The notes beneath the pieces were generated by a model, which saw only the letters and a list, made by a program, of their open reading frames with translations, was not told where the DNA came from and searched no databases. The translations under genes were made by a program, and so were the position numbers. From positions 1 through 24,070 of IMG/VR virus record IMGVR_UViG_3300043570_000324: DNA of 24,070 bases; one strand, given 5' to 3'. This DNA is from a virus (taxonomy: Duplodnaviria > Caudoviricetes). This document shows, one piece after another, positions 15,271 through 22,446 of this stretch (positions within the stretch are counted from its first letter, which is position 1; each line of letters opens with the position of its first letter).

Positions 15271-16389
15271 GTGGCAGATCCAGACTATAGTGCATTTTTA
15301 GCACCAGATTCTCAATTGGCTGGTTTCTGGCAGCAGTTGCAAAATAACCAAATAACAGAAAATCAGTACAACTCACTAAGAGATAAACGAGTGTCCGAAA
15401 TATCTGCAGCAGCAGGTGGTGTTTCAGTAGGAACTGGCAGTCTGGGAAATGTAATGCCAAACTATGCCTATAGTGAGGAAAGTGGTCCACAATATGCAGC
15501 GTTGCTCGCCGCTCAAGAAAAAATGAGGGCTGCTCTTGCAAACAAAGAATCACTAACTGCATCTGCAACACCAGGAGTATACCAAAAACAATATTATGAT
15601 GCATCTGGAAATGTTGCTTCTGGAAATGATCCAAGAAATTCGGGATCAACAAAATCTTTTTATGATGCATCTGGAAAACAACTTAGTGCATCACAAGTAG
15701 CAAATACGGATGCAGGAAAAGGATTTGCAGCAGCAGGATGGGATATTGGATTTGGACCAGGAATGGTTGCTCCAGGAGTAAAAGCAGATACAACAGCAAG
15801 AGATGCAGCAAAGGCAGCAAAACTAGAAGCAAGAGAATCAAAAATAGTTCAGTCGTCTAGTTCTGTACAGACACAACCAGAACAACCAGCCGTAGACCCA
15901 ATTCCACTTACATCATCTCTTTTGCCTGCTTCTAATAAATTACCACCACCTCCAGTAAAAACAGCCCCAATAGATACAGTTTTATTTAATGATGACTCTA
16001 TGTCTATTGAAATAATGGCTGATTTAATTTTTGAAGATATTGGTGGTCATGAATTAATAAATATTGCTAGAAACGACATTATTAATGGACAGCAAATATC
16101 TTACACCCCAATCAAAAACCTTGGTTTAATTCAACAAAGATATAACCCAAATAATATTCTTGGATTACAGGCTACTTCTGAGAAGTACTTTGCTAATTTC
16201 CCTATAAAGTTTGAAGAGAAGGTCCCTGTTGAAGGCAATGGACCCAACGGATCAAATGTTTATTTTGACGATGTAACTGGAGATCTAATTATTGAGGGAG
16301 TTAATTTAAACAAAGATGAACTTTTTGAGGTTGAAGTGTCGTTAAATGGTACAATATATGAAGCAGACTTTGGAGCAACTACGTCATGA
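15271..16389 (+). CDS. Putative minor tail protein with a low-complexity N-terminal half and a compact C-terminal domain
   Basis: GTG 15271 is preceded by RBS GAGGT (15261-15265) and is a better start than 15259. Ala/Gly/Ser-rich N-half, Pro-rich linker (KLPPPPVKTAP), acidic C-domain. ATGA overlap with the next gene. Confidence 0.6.
   Translation: MADPDYSAFLAPDSQLAGFWQQLQNNQITENQYNSLRDKRVSEISAAAGGVSVGTGSLGNVMPNYAYSEESGPQYAALLAAQEKMRAALANKESLTASATPGVYQKQYYDASGNVASGNDPRNSGSTKSFYDASGKQLSASQVANTDAGKGFAAAGWDIGFGPGMVAPGVKADTTARDAAKAAKLEARESKIVQSSSSVQTQPEQPAVDPIPLTSSLLPASNKLPPPPVKTAPIDTVLFNDDSMSIEIMADLIFEDIGGHELINIARNDIINGQQISYTPIKNLGLIQQRYNPNNILGLQATSEKYFANFPIKFEEKVPVEGNGPNGSNVYFDDVTGDLIIEGVNLNKDELFEVEVSLNGTIYEADFGATTS
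15594..15677 (+). repeat. Exact 18-bp direct repeat inside the CDS (YDASG peptide repeat)
   Basis: TTATGATGCATCTGGAAA at 15594-15611 and 15660-15677, 66 bp (22 codons) apart. Confidence 0.9.
16347..16355 (+). promoter_or_regulatory. Candidate extended -10 promoter (TGgTACAAT) within the gene end
   Basis: 30 nt upstream of ATG 16386, with GGAG at 16372-16375 in between. Confidence 0.45.
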
Positions 16390-17543
16390 TAACTAATAAA
16401 GGTAAAAGCATTATTGGAAAATATATGCTTGGTCAGGCACCAGCCTATGCCTCATACCTAGCCGTTGGCTGTGGCCCTATCCCGCTTCAAACAGAAGATG
16501 TTGCTGATAACTTTGCAACAAAAGAAAACCTTGACTTTGAGATGTTTAGAGTTCCAATTTCTTCAAGAGGATTTGTAAATGAAAACGGTATTGATAAAAT
16601 TGTACTTACCGCAGAACTACCAACAGAAGAAAGATATGAAATAACAGAAGTAGGTTTATACTCTGCAGGATCTAACCCATCTGCTGGAGCACAGGATAGC
16701 AAAACAGTCTTTGCATTTACCCAGGGAGAAAACTGGGAATACCATACAGCCACGGCTGCAATAGCAATTCCAGTAGTTTCTGTGCCACTAGATCCCAACG
16801 ATGACGATATAATAAATGCAACAGGAACAGCAAATGGTGTATTCCAGACCAATGCAGATAATTCTATTTTTTATAATACAGATCGTGTTGCAAGATATGA
16901 GAGAGCAAGGTTTTTAAATAATACAATATTAATGCAGGGAGATGACTCAGACCTAAGTTTAGGTGGTGGTGGATCTGGTGGAGTTGACAACATTGTTATT
17001 GATTCTGGAAATCATATACACCTTACATCTCCAAACGTTGACTTTTCAAAAAACTCTCCAATTGATGAATTAAAACTTGCATTTTCTTTAGTAAACAGAG
17101 ATGGAGGATCTGCGTCAGTTCCAGATACAATTAGAGTTCTTGTTGACTTTGCAGGAACTGACCAAACAAATCCAAGCATCTATGCCAGGTTTGAAGTTAA
17201 TATTGAAGACGGCGTTGATGGATATGACTTTGCAACAAACAGATACTTTGTTGTTTCAAAACAATTACAAGAATTATATAAGAGTCAAAACTTTACATGG
17301 GATGCAGTTAACGTGGTAAAGATTTATGTTTCTATTTTTGATAGTTTAAGCGGAGGCCTGCATCCAACTTCAGATTATTATATTGCACTAGATGCAATGA
17401 GACTTGAAAACATAGCAACGGTTAATCCACTGTATGGTTTAACTGGATACTCTGTTATTAAAAATGATGATGCTACAACAATCATTAAATCTCCTAATAC
17501 AAACAACTACGTTGAATTTAGATTTTCTATTGGGGTGACCTAA
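16386..17543 (+). CDS. Minor tail/baseplate protein with a tail-collar-fibre-like N-terminus and a probable carbohydrate-binding insert
   Basis: N-terminus ITNKGK...YLAVGCG...EMFRVPI...LTAELP...ITEVGLY resembles the fibre-attachment domain of P2 gpH-type (DUF3751-like) proteins. The later beta-rich region ends in YYIALDAMRLEN. Confidence 0.6.
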   Translation: MITNKGKSIIGKYMLGQAPAYASYLAVGCGPIPLQTEDVADNFATKENLDFEMFRVPISSRGFVNENGIDKIVLTAELPTEERYEITEVGLYSAGSNPSAGAQDSKTVFAFTQGENWEYHTATAAIAIPVVSVPLDPNDDDIINATGTANGVFQTNADNSIFYNTDRVARYERARFLNNTILMQGDDSDLSLGGGGSGGVDNIVIDSGNHIHLTSPNVDFSKNSPIDELKLAFSLVNRDGGSASVPDTIRVLVDFAGTDQTNPSIYARFEVNIEDGVDGYDFATNRYFVVSKQLQELYKSQNFTWDAVNVVKIYVSIFDSLSGGLHPTSDYYIALDAMRLENIATVNPLYGLTGYSVIKNDDATTIIKSPNTNNYVEFRFSIGVT

Positions 17544-17968
17544 TGGTTGATGCAAACATAAAAAAATTACGTATTCTAAAATCATCACTTCCCCCAATTG
17601 ATCACGATACGTTAAAGTATAATTTAAGATATAGGATTGTTTCTGATGATAGAAACAGAACTTCTCATTGGTCTCCAATATATAACATTTCTGGAGAGTC
17701 AATAACGTCAGTCAGTGGAGCAGTATCTAAGGCAGGAAACATTGTTACAGCCGTATGGGGAGACGCAAACCTTCATCCAGAGTATGATGTTTTTGTTAAA
17801 TTTGATTCAGGAGACTTTTTTTATCACGGTACATCAAAAGTACACGCATACTCATTTTTAAAAACTGGGACTACAACAGTTAGAGTAAAAGTTCAAATAG
17901 TTTCATCAAAAAAAGAAATCAAGGCAGCACTAAATATCTTTGACTCTGGTTCAGTGTCTTTGGTATAA
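17543..17968 (+). CDS. Putative minor tail protein (Ig/FN3-like beta sandwich)
   Basis: TAATG overlap with the previous gene. FN3-like pattern (YNLRYRIVS...SHWSP; VTAVW...YDVFVKF...VRVKVQ). Confidence 0.5.
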   Translation: MVDANIKKLRILKSSLPPIDHDTLKYNLRYRIVSDDRNRTSHWSPIYNISGESITSVSGAVSKAGNIVTAVWGDANLHPEYDVFVKFDSGDFFYHGTSKVHAYSFLKTGTTTVRVKVQIVSSKKEIKAALNIFDSGSVSLV

Positions 17969-17980
17969 TTAAATAGGAGG
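17940..17980 (+). promoter_or_regulatory. Sigma70/SigA-type promoter plus RBS
   Basis: TTGACT (17940-17945), 18-nt spacer containing an extended TG, TATAAT (17964-17969). AGGAGG at 17975-17980 precedes ATG 17987. Confidence 0.7.
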
Positions 17981-17986
17981 AACAAC

Positions 17987-18427
17987 ATGGCAAAAATACC
18001 ATTACCCGAAAGAGGACAACCCCTTGATGTAACATACATCTATCAGGTAGTCGATGCTTTAAATAGTCTATCAACACAGGTTTCCGATGCAACATATAAC
18101 TATACTGATATTGATGTAGTAGGATCAGAAAAACAAAGTTTAAAAACCTCTAATACAAAGTTTATTGGAAGATTTAAGTCAATTGCAAATAACGAAACCG
18201 TAACTGCTGGACAGGAAAAGTCTTATTCTATTGACTATTCTAACTTTAAGTATCCACCGATTATAACTCTATCAGTTGTAAACACTAGCGGAACAACTGC
18301 GGGATCTAATACTACGGTAGTATTGACATCTGTAACAACTACACAGGCTGGATTTACAGTAAGGTATGGTGTTTCTGGAACTGCAACCATCGGTGTAAAT
18401 CTTATTGCTATTGGTGTTCCAAATTAG
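17987..18427 (+). CDS. Putative tail fibre / receptor-binding-type protein with an H-type-lectin/gp53-like C-domain
   Basis: Short N-terminal helix, then FKYPPIITLSV...VTTTQAGFTVR...VNLIAIG, a pattern typical of H-lectin-like fibre tip domains. Strong RBS. Confidence 0.55.
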   Translation: MAKIPLPERGQPLDVTYIYQVVDALNSLSTQVSDATYNYTDIDVVGSEKQSLKTSNTKFIGRFKSIANNETVTAGQEKSYSIDYSNFKYPPIITLSVVNTSGTTAGSNTTVVLTSVTTTQAGFTVRYGVSGTATIGVNLIAIGVPN

Positions 18428-18428
18428 T

Positions 18429-18617
18429 ATGGCCTGTGGCAGATGTAAAGGAAAAATGTTTGTTGATAGGATACATTCAAACATAGATCACTTAGAAACA
18501 TATTGTGTAAAGTGTGGAAATAGAAAATTTTATCATCCACCTAGCGAATCTGTGGAGGGAAAATGGTTACTGCAAAAGGAAAAATTCAGAGCGAAGCATA
18601 CAATAGCGAACCTGTAA
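18429..18617 (+). CDS. Small zinc-ribbon protein (62 aa)
   Basis: ATG 18429 lies 1 nt after the previous TAG. CGRC...CVKCG gives two CxxC pairs. Confidence 0.75.
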   Translation: MACGRCKGKMFVDRIHSNIDHLETYCVKCGNRKFYHPPSESVEGKWLLQKEKFRAKHTIANL

Positions 18618-19105
18618 TTCCTGGCGGTAAAAAAATATGGTTTCTTAATGGAGACTTAGTAAGACTTCATCACAGTTCTAGATCAACAGGAATGGTAACT
18701 GTTTATAATATTAACAAAGATAGATTAGAAACTTGTCTGCGTTCTGACTTTAGAAAAAATAGAAAAAAAGCATATACGGTTGCAGAGACTGCTAAATTAG
18801 TTAATCGTCATAGAAAGTATATGCCAAGATTAATAAAACGAGGAGTCATTCCCGCTCCAGTTGGATCAAGCATTGATGGAAAAACTGGATGGCAAATTAG
18901 ATCTTATTATTCAGAAGATCACGTTAGAGAGATTTGTGCTATACTTTCAACTATACATATTGGACAACCAAGAAAAGATAAATTAATAACAAACAACATG
19001 ACTCCTACAAGCCAAGAGTTGACAAGGCGAATGGGAGACGGTATACTTACATATACGAAGACAGAAGATGGACGATTTATTCCAGTGTGGAGTGAGTCTA
19101 TTTAA
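18563..19105 (+). CDS. DNA-binding protein with a MerR/excisionase-like winged HTH
   Basis: AYTVAETAKLVNRHRKYMPRLIKRGVIPAP...RSYYSEDHV matches the MerR/Xis-type wHTH pattern. RBS GGAGGG just upstream; basic protein. Confidence 0.7.
   Translation: MVTAKGKIQSEAYNSEPVIPGGKKIWFLNGDLVRLHHSSRSTGMVTVYNINKDRLETCLRSDFRKNRKKAYTVAETAKLVNRHRKYMPRLIKRGVIPAPVGSSIDGKTGWQIRSYYSEDHVREICAILSTIHIGQPRKDKLITNNMTPTSQELTRRMGDGILTYTKTEDGRFIPVWSESI
19019..19047 (+). promoter_or_regulatory. Near-consensus sigma70 promoter inside the HTH gene, facing the replication genes
   Basis: TTGACA (19019-19024), 17 nt, TATACT (19042-19047). Confidence 0.75.
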
Positions 19106-19123
19106 TTATTGAATGGGTGGATA

Positions 19124-19330
19124 ATGGAAAACGATAATACAAAGGTATCTGTAACACTTGGATATACACTTAATCTAGGAAATTTTCAGTCACTACGCCT
19201 TGATTTAGGTATTGTAGATTCAAAGCGTGATGGCGAAAATGTAGATGAGGCTTTTAATCGTGTCTATAAGTTTGTAGAAGATAAACTTACAGAGAAGATT
19301 CAAGAAGCAAAATCTGAAATCTCAGAGTAA
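19124..19330 (+). CDS. Hypothetical protein (68 aa)
   Basis: ATG 19124 preceded by GGGTGG is preferred to TTG 19109. Beta hairpin (TLNLGNFQSLRLDLG) plus helix; TAATG coupling to the next gene. Confidence 0.7.
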   Translation: MENDNTKVSVTLGYTLNLGNFQSLRLDLGIVDSKRDGENVDEAFNRVYKFVEDKLTEKIQEAKSEISE

Positions 19331-19638
19331 TGGCTGAGCGCAAAGACCGAATGGCTTTGCTCAGTAGGTTTAACAAGTTTTACTTGCAACGGTATGAGCA
19401 GAAGTCTAACATGAATCTAAACGTTGAGCAGTGGGCTGCTGATGCCCTTGTAGAGTCATATGGGATTGCTCAGTGCTATGATATTCTTGAATACTACTTC
19501 AGTATTGCACAGGAACCATCATGGAATTATTTTGCATATAATGCAGAAAAGATTATTAACGGAAAAGCAGAAGTAGAGCAAGACAAAAGAGAACGTGAAG
19601 AGCGAAGAAAATTAGCAAGGGAGTGGTTAAGTGAATAA
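19330..19638 (+). CDS. Hypothetical helical protein upstream of the helicase (possible loader/initiator partner)
   Basis: 102 aa, overlapping both neighbours. Function inferred from position only. Confidence 0.6.
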   Translation: MAERKDRMALLSRFNKFYLQRYEQKSNMNLNVEQWAADALVESYGIAQCYDILEYYFSIAQEPSWNYFAYNAEKIINGKAEVEQDKREREERRKLAREWLSE

Positions 19639-20851
19639 TACAGAGGCAAAGTTAATTTCTGCAGTATTACAAGACAAACAAATTCACGTATTACTTCAAG
19701 CAAATGTTGAAACATTACTAAGAACACACAATGACGTCTGGAACTTTATTCGTTTATATTCTGAAAACAATCAGTGTCTACCACCAGCAGACTTAGTTAC
19801 AGAAAAATTTAGAGACTTTGAGCCAATCCAAGGCATTGGAGCAACAAAGCATCACCTAGCAGAATTACAAACTGAATATCTTAACGATAGTCTAAAAGAT
19901 ATTTTACGCAATGCTGCAGGAGAAGTACAAAGCGGTAACGGTGGAGAAGCCCTTGAACACCTAATTACAAAAACATCAGAGTTAAAAAAGAATACTTCTG
20001 CAATTCGTGATATTGATGCAACAGATCTTGATTCTGCAGTTGCATACTATGAAATGGTTCAAAAGCAAAAAGAGACTGGTCAGATAGGAATTAAAACAAA
20101 CCTTCCAGGATTTGACAACTATCTTCCATCTGGAATTATGCCTGGGCAGTTAGGTGTATTTCTTGCCTATCCAGGAATTGGTAAGTCTTGGATGGCTTTA
20201 TACTTTGCAGTTCAGGCATGGAAGCAAGGCAAGTCACCACTTATTATTTCTCTTGAAATGTCTGAGACAGAAGTTCGTAATCGTATTTTTGCAATTATGG
20301 GTGAAGGTCTTTGGTCACATAGAAAATTATCTAACGGAGAAGTTGAGATTGACATGCTTAAGAAATGGCATGCTAACAAGGTTGCTGGTCGTCCAGAGTT
20401 TCACATTATCTCAAATGATAGTGGGGGAGAAGTAACTCCTTCTGTTATTCGTGGAAAGATTGATCAGTACCGTCCAGACTTTGTTGTTGTTGATTACCTT
20501 CAACTTATGTCACCAAACCAAAAGGCTGATTCTGAAACGGTACGCATGAAAAACCTTTCAAGAGAACTTAAACTAATGTCTATTGGTGAAGAAGTACCCA
20601 TTATTGCTATCTCATCTGCTACACCAGATGATGTAAAGGATCTATCAAGTCCTCCAACACTTGGACAAACTGCTTGGTCTAGGCAGATTGCTTATGATGC
20701 TGACTGGGTAATGGCACTTGGTCGTGCAACTAATAGTGATATTATTGAATGCGTATTCAGAAAAAATCGTAATGGGTTTATGGGAGACTTTCTTGTTCAA
20801 GTAGATTTTGACAAGGGTTACTACAGGTATAAAGACTATGAAGACAAGTAA
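19631..20851 (+). CDS. dnaB: DnaB-like (SF4) replicative helicase
   Basis: Walker A AYPGIGKS, SLEMS, Walker B VVVDYLQLM, SRELK, YDAD, and arginine finger KNRNG. Confidence 0.95.
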   Translation: MNNTEAKLISAVLQDKQIHVLLQANVETLLRTHNDVWNFIRLYSENNQCLPPADLVTEKFRDFEPIQGIGATKHHLAELQTEYLNDSLKDILRNAAGEVQSGNGGEALEHLITKTSELKKNTSAIRDIDATDLDSAVAYYEMVQKQKETGQIGIKTNLPGFDNYLPSGIMPGQLGVFLAYPGIGKSWMALYFAVQAWKQGKSPLIISLEMSETEVRNRIFAIMGEGLWSHRKLSNGEVEIDMLKKWHANKVAGRPEFHIISNDSGGEVTPSVIRGKIDQYRPDFVVVDYLQLMSPNQKADSETVRMKNLSRELKLMSIGEEVPIIAISSATPDDVKDLSSPPTLGQTAWSRQIAYDADWVMALGRATNSDIIECVFRKNRNGFMGDFLVQVDFDKGYYRYKDYEDK

Positions 20852-21764
20852 CATATATACACAAGAACAGATTAAGCGTGTTCTTGTTGGATCTGGGGTT
20901 GACATTGAAGCAGAGTTTGGAAATGACTTTATAATTTTTTGCCCATATCATAATAACAATAGAACCCCCGCAGGGGAAGTTGCAAAAGATAGTGGATTAT
21001 TCTTTTGCTTTGGTTGCCAGACAACAAAGAATTTAGAAGAATTAATAATGCATATGTCTGGACGAACATACTTTGAAGCAGTTCGTTATATTAAAAGTAA
21101 AGAGACAGAGCATGATATTGAAAAGTTAGTTAACAAAACATTAGTTGCACCACCAGAGTTTACTCCGTATGATGAATTAATTTTAAAGCGTTTGCATAAT
21201 CAATTGCTTTCAGATGAAAAACCTAAGAATTATCTTAAGTATAGAAAGATTAACAGTTCTTCATTTACAAAGTTTTCACTTGGCTACTCAGAAAAACAAG
21301 ACTCAATAACTATACCAATGCATTCGCCAGATGGTATGTGTCTTGGCTTTGTTGCAAGAACAATTGAAGGCAAAGATTTTAAAAACACACCAGGATTGCC
21401 AAAGGGTAAAATATTATTTAACCTGCACAGAATTAAATCATCTGGTACAGTATATGTAGTTGAATCATCTTTTGATGCTATTCGATTAGACCAAGTAGGA
21501 TTCCCAGCAGTTGCTACTCTGGGGGCTAATGTATCTAATTCTCAAATTAGATTGTTAGAAAAGTACTTCACAAACGTTGTACTAATTGCAGATAATGATG
21601 AGGCTGGTAATATAATGAAAGATAAGTTAGTTGAAAAACTTGGATCTTTGGTTACTACTATCAGACTTGATAAAAAATACAAAGACATAGGCGATATGGA
21701 AGATGAAGAAATTAAGAACTTAGAGTTCCAGTTTGACAAATCTATATCTGCTATGCTAAACTAA
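20838..21764 (+). CDS. dnaG: DnaG-like DNA primase (CHC2 zinc finger plus TOPRIM)
   Basis: CPYH...CFGC zinc-binding domain; TOPRIM motifs VVESSFD, ATLG and DNDEAG; KDIGD. ATG 20838 overlaps the helicase end. Confidence 0.93.
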   Translation: MKTSNIYTQEQIKRVLVGSGVDIEAEFGNDFIIFCPYHNNNRTPAGEVAKDSGLFFCFGCQTTKNLEELIMHMSGRTYFEAVRYIKSKETEHDIEKLVNKTLVAPPEFTPYDELILKRLHNQLLSDEKPKNYLKYRKINSSSFTKFSLGYSEKQDSITIPMHSPDGMCLGFVARTIEGKDFKNTPGLPKGKILFNLHRIKSSGTVYVVESSFDAIRLDQVGFPAVATLGANVSNSQIRLLEKYFTNVVLIADNDEAGNIMKDKLVEKLGSLVTTIRLDKKYKDIGDMEDEEIKNLEFQFDKSISAMLN

Positions 21765-21782
21765 TATAACAACACGAAGGAG
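21733..21782 (+). promoter_or_regulatory. Sigma70-type promoter plus RBS for the ssb gene
   Basis: TTGACA (21733-21738), 18-nt spacer ending TGc, TAAACT (21757-21762). GAAGGAG at 21776-21782 precedes ATG 21789. Confidence 0.65.
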
Positions 21783-21788
21783 AAAAAT

Positions 21789-22445
21789 ATGAGTATTGTA
21801 AAGGGATTAAAGAACATCGAAACCCTACTCGAAAAGCCAAAGTATGATGAAAACTCACCAAAGGTTAAGTGGCTAAAACTTGCCGATGGACAATCAGTAA
21901 AGATCCGATTCATTGAAGAGTTGGATGAAGATTCTGCAAACTATGATGCAGAACGTGGACTTGCACTAGTTGTTAAGGAACACACAAATCCAAAGGACTA
22001 CAAGCGCAAGGCTGTAGATACAATGGAAACAGAAGGTCGTGACTGGGCAGAAGAAATGCATCGTAAAGATGTAAAGGCTGGCTGGAGGGCTCGTCTACGT
22101 TTTTATTGCAACGTTCTTGTTGATGATGGAATTGAAGCACCATATGTTGCAATCTGGAACATGGGTATCAGTAAGCAATCATCATTTAACACAATTCGTG
22201 AGTATGCTCTTGAAACAGGAAGCATCTCAAACGTACTATGGAAGTTGAAGCGTAATGGTCAGGGAACTGAAACTAATTACACACTTATTCCATCAGCACC
22301 AGATAAGGAACCATTTAATTGGGGAGATATCAAGCCTTATCCACTAGAATCTGCACTACGCAAGATTCCATACGCAGAACAAGAAGCGTTCTACTTGGGG
22401 TTTGACACTCCATCTATAACTTCATCTACCAACGCAGATTGGTAA
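21789..22445 (+). CDS. Phage single-stranded DNA-binding protein (gp32-like OB fold)
   Basis: KWLKLADGQSVKIRF, RFYCNVLV and WKLKRNGQGTETNYTL motifs typical of phage SSBs; flexible tail ending in ADW; located between primase and polymerase. Confidence 0.78.
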   Translation: MSIVKGLKNIETLLEKPKYDENSPKVKWLKLADGQSVKIRFIEELDEDSANYDAERGLALVVKEHTNPKDYKRKAVDTMETEGRDWAEEMHRKDVKAGWRARLRFYCNVLVDDGIEAPYVAIWNMGISKQSSFNTIREYALETGSISNVLWKLKRNGQGTETNYTLIPSAPDKEPFNWGDIKPYPLESALRKIPYAEQEAFYLGFDTPSITSSTNADW

Positions 22446-22446
22446 T

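Noticed and set aside
20808-20833. TTGACA...TATAAA upstream of the primase start
   Set aside because: The spacer is only 14 nt, too short for a sigma70 promoter.
31-21739. Numerous minus-strand ORFs of 60-140 aa in the track
   Set aside because: All lie antisense to long, well-supported + strand genes. Their translations look like antisense shadows (Ser/Phe/Leu/Ile-rich) with no recognisable motifs.
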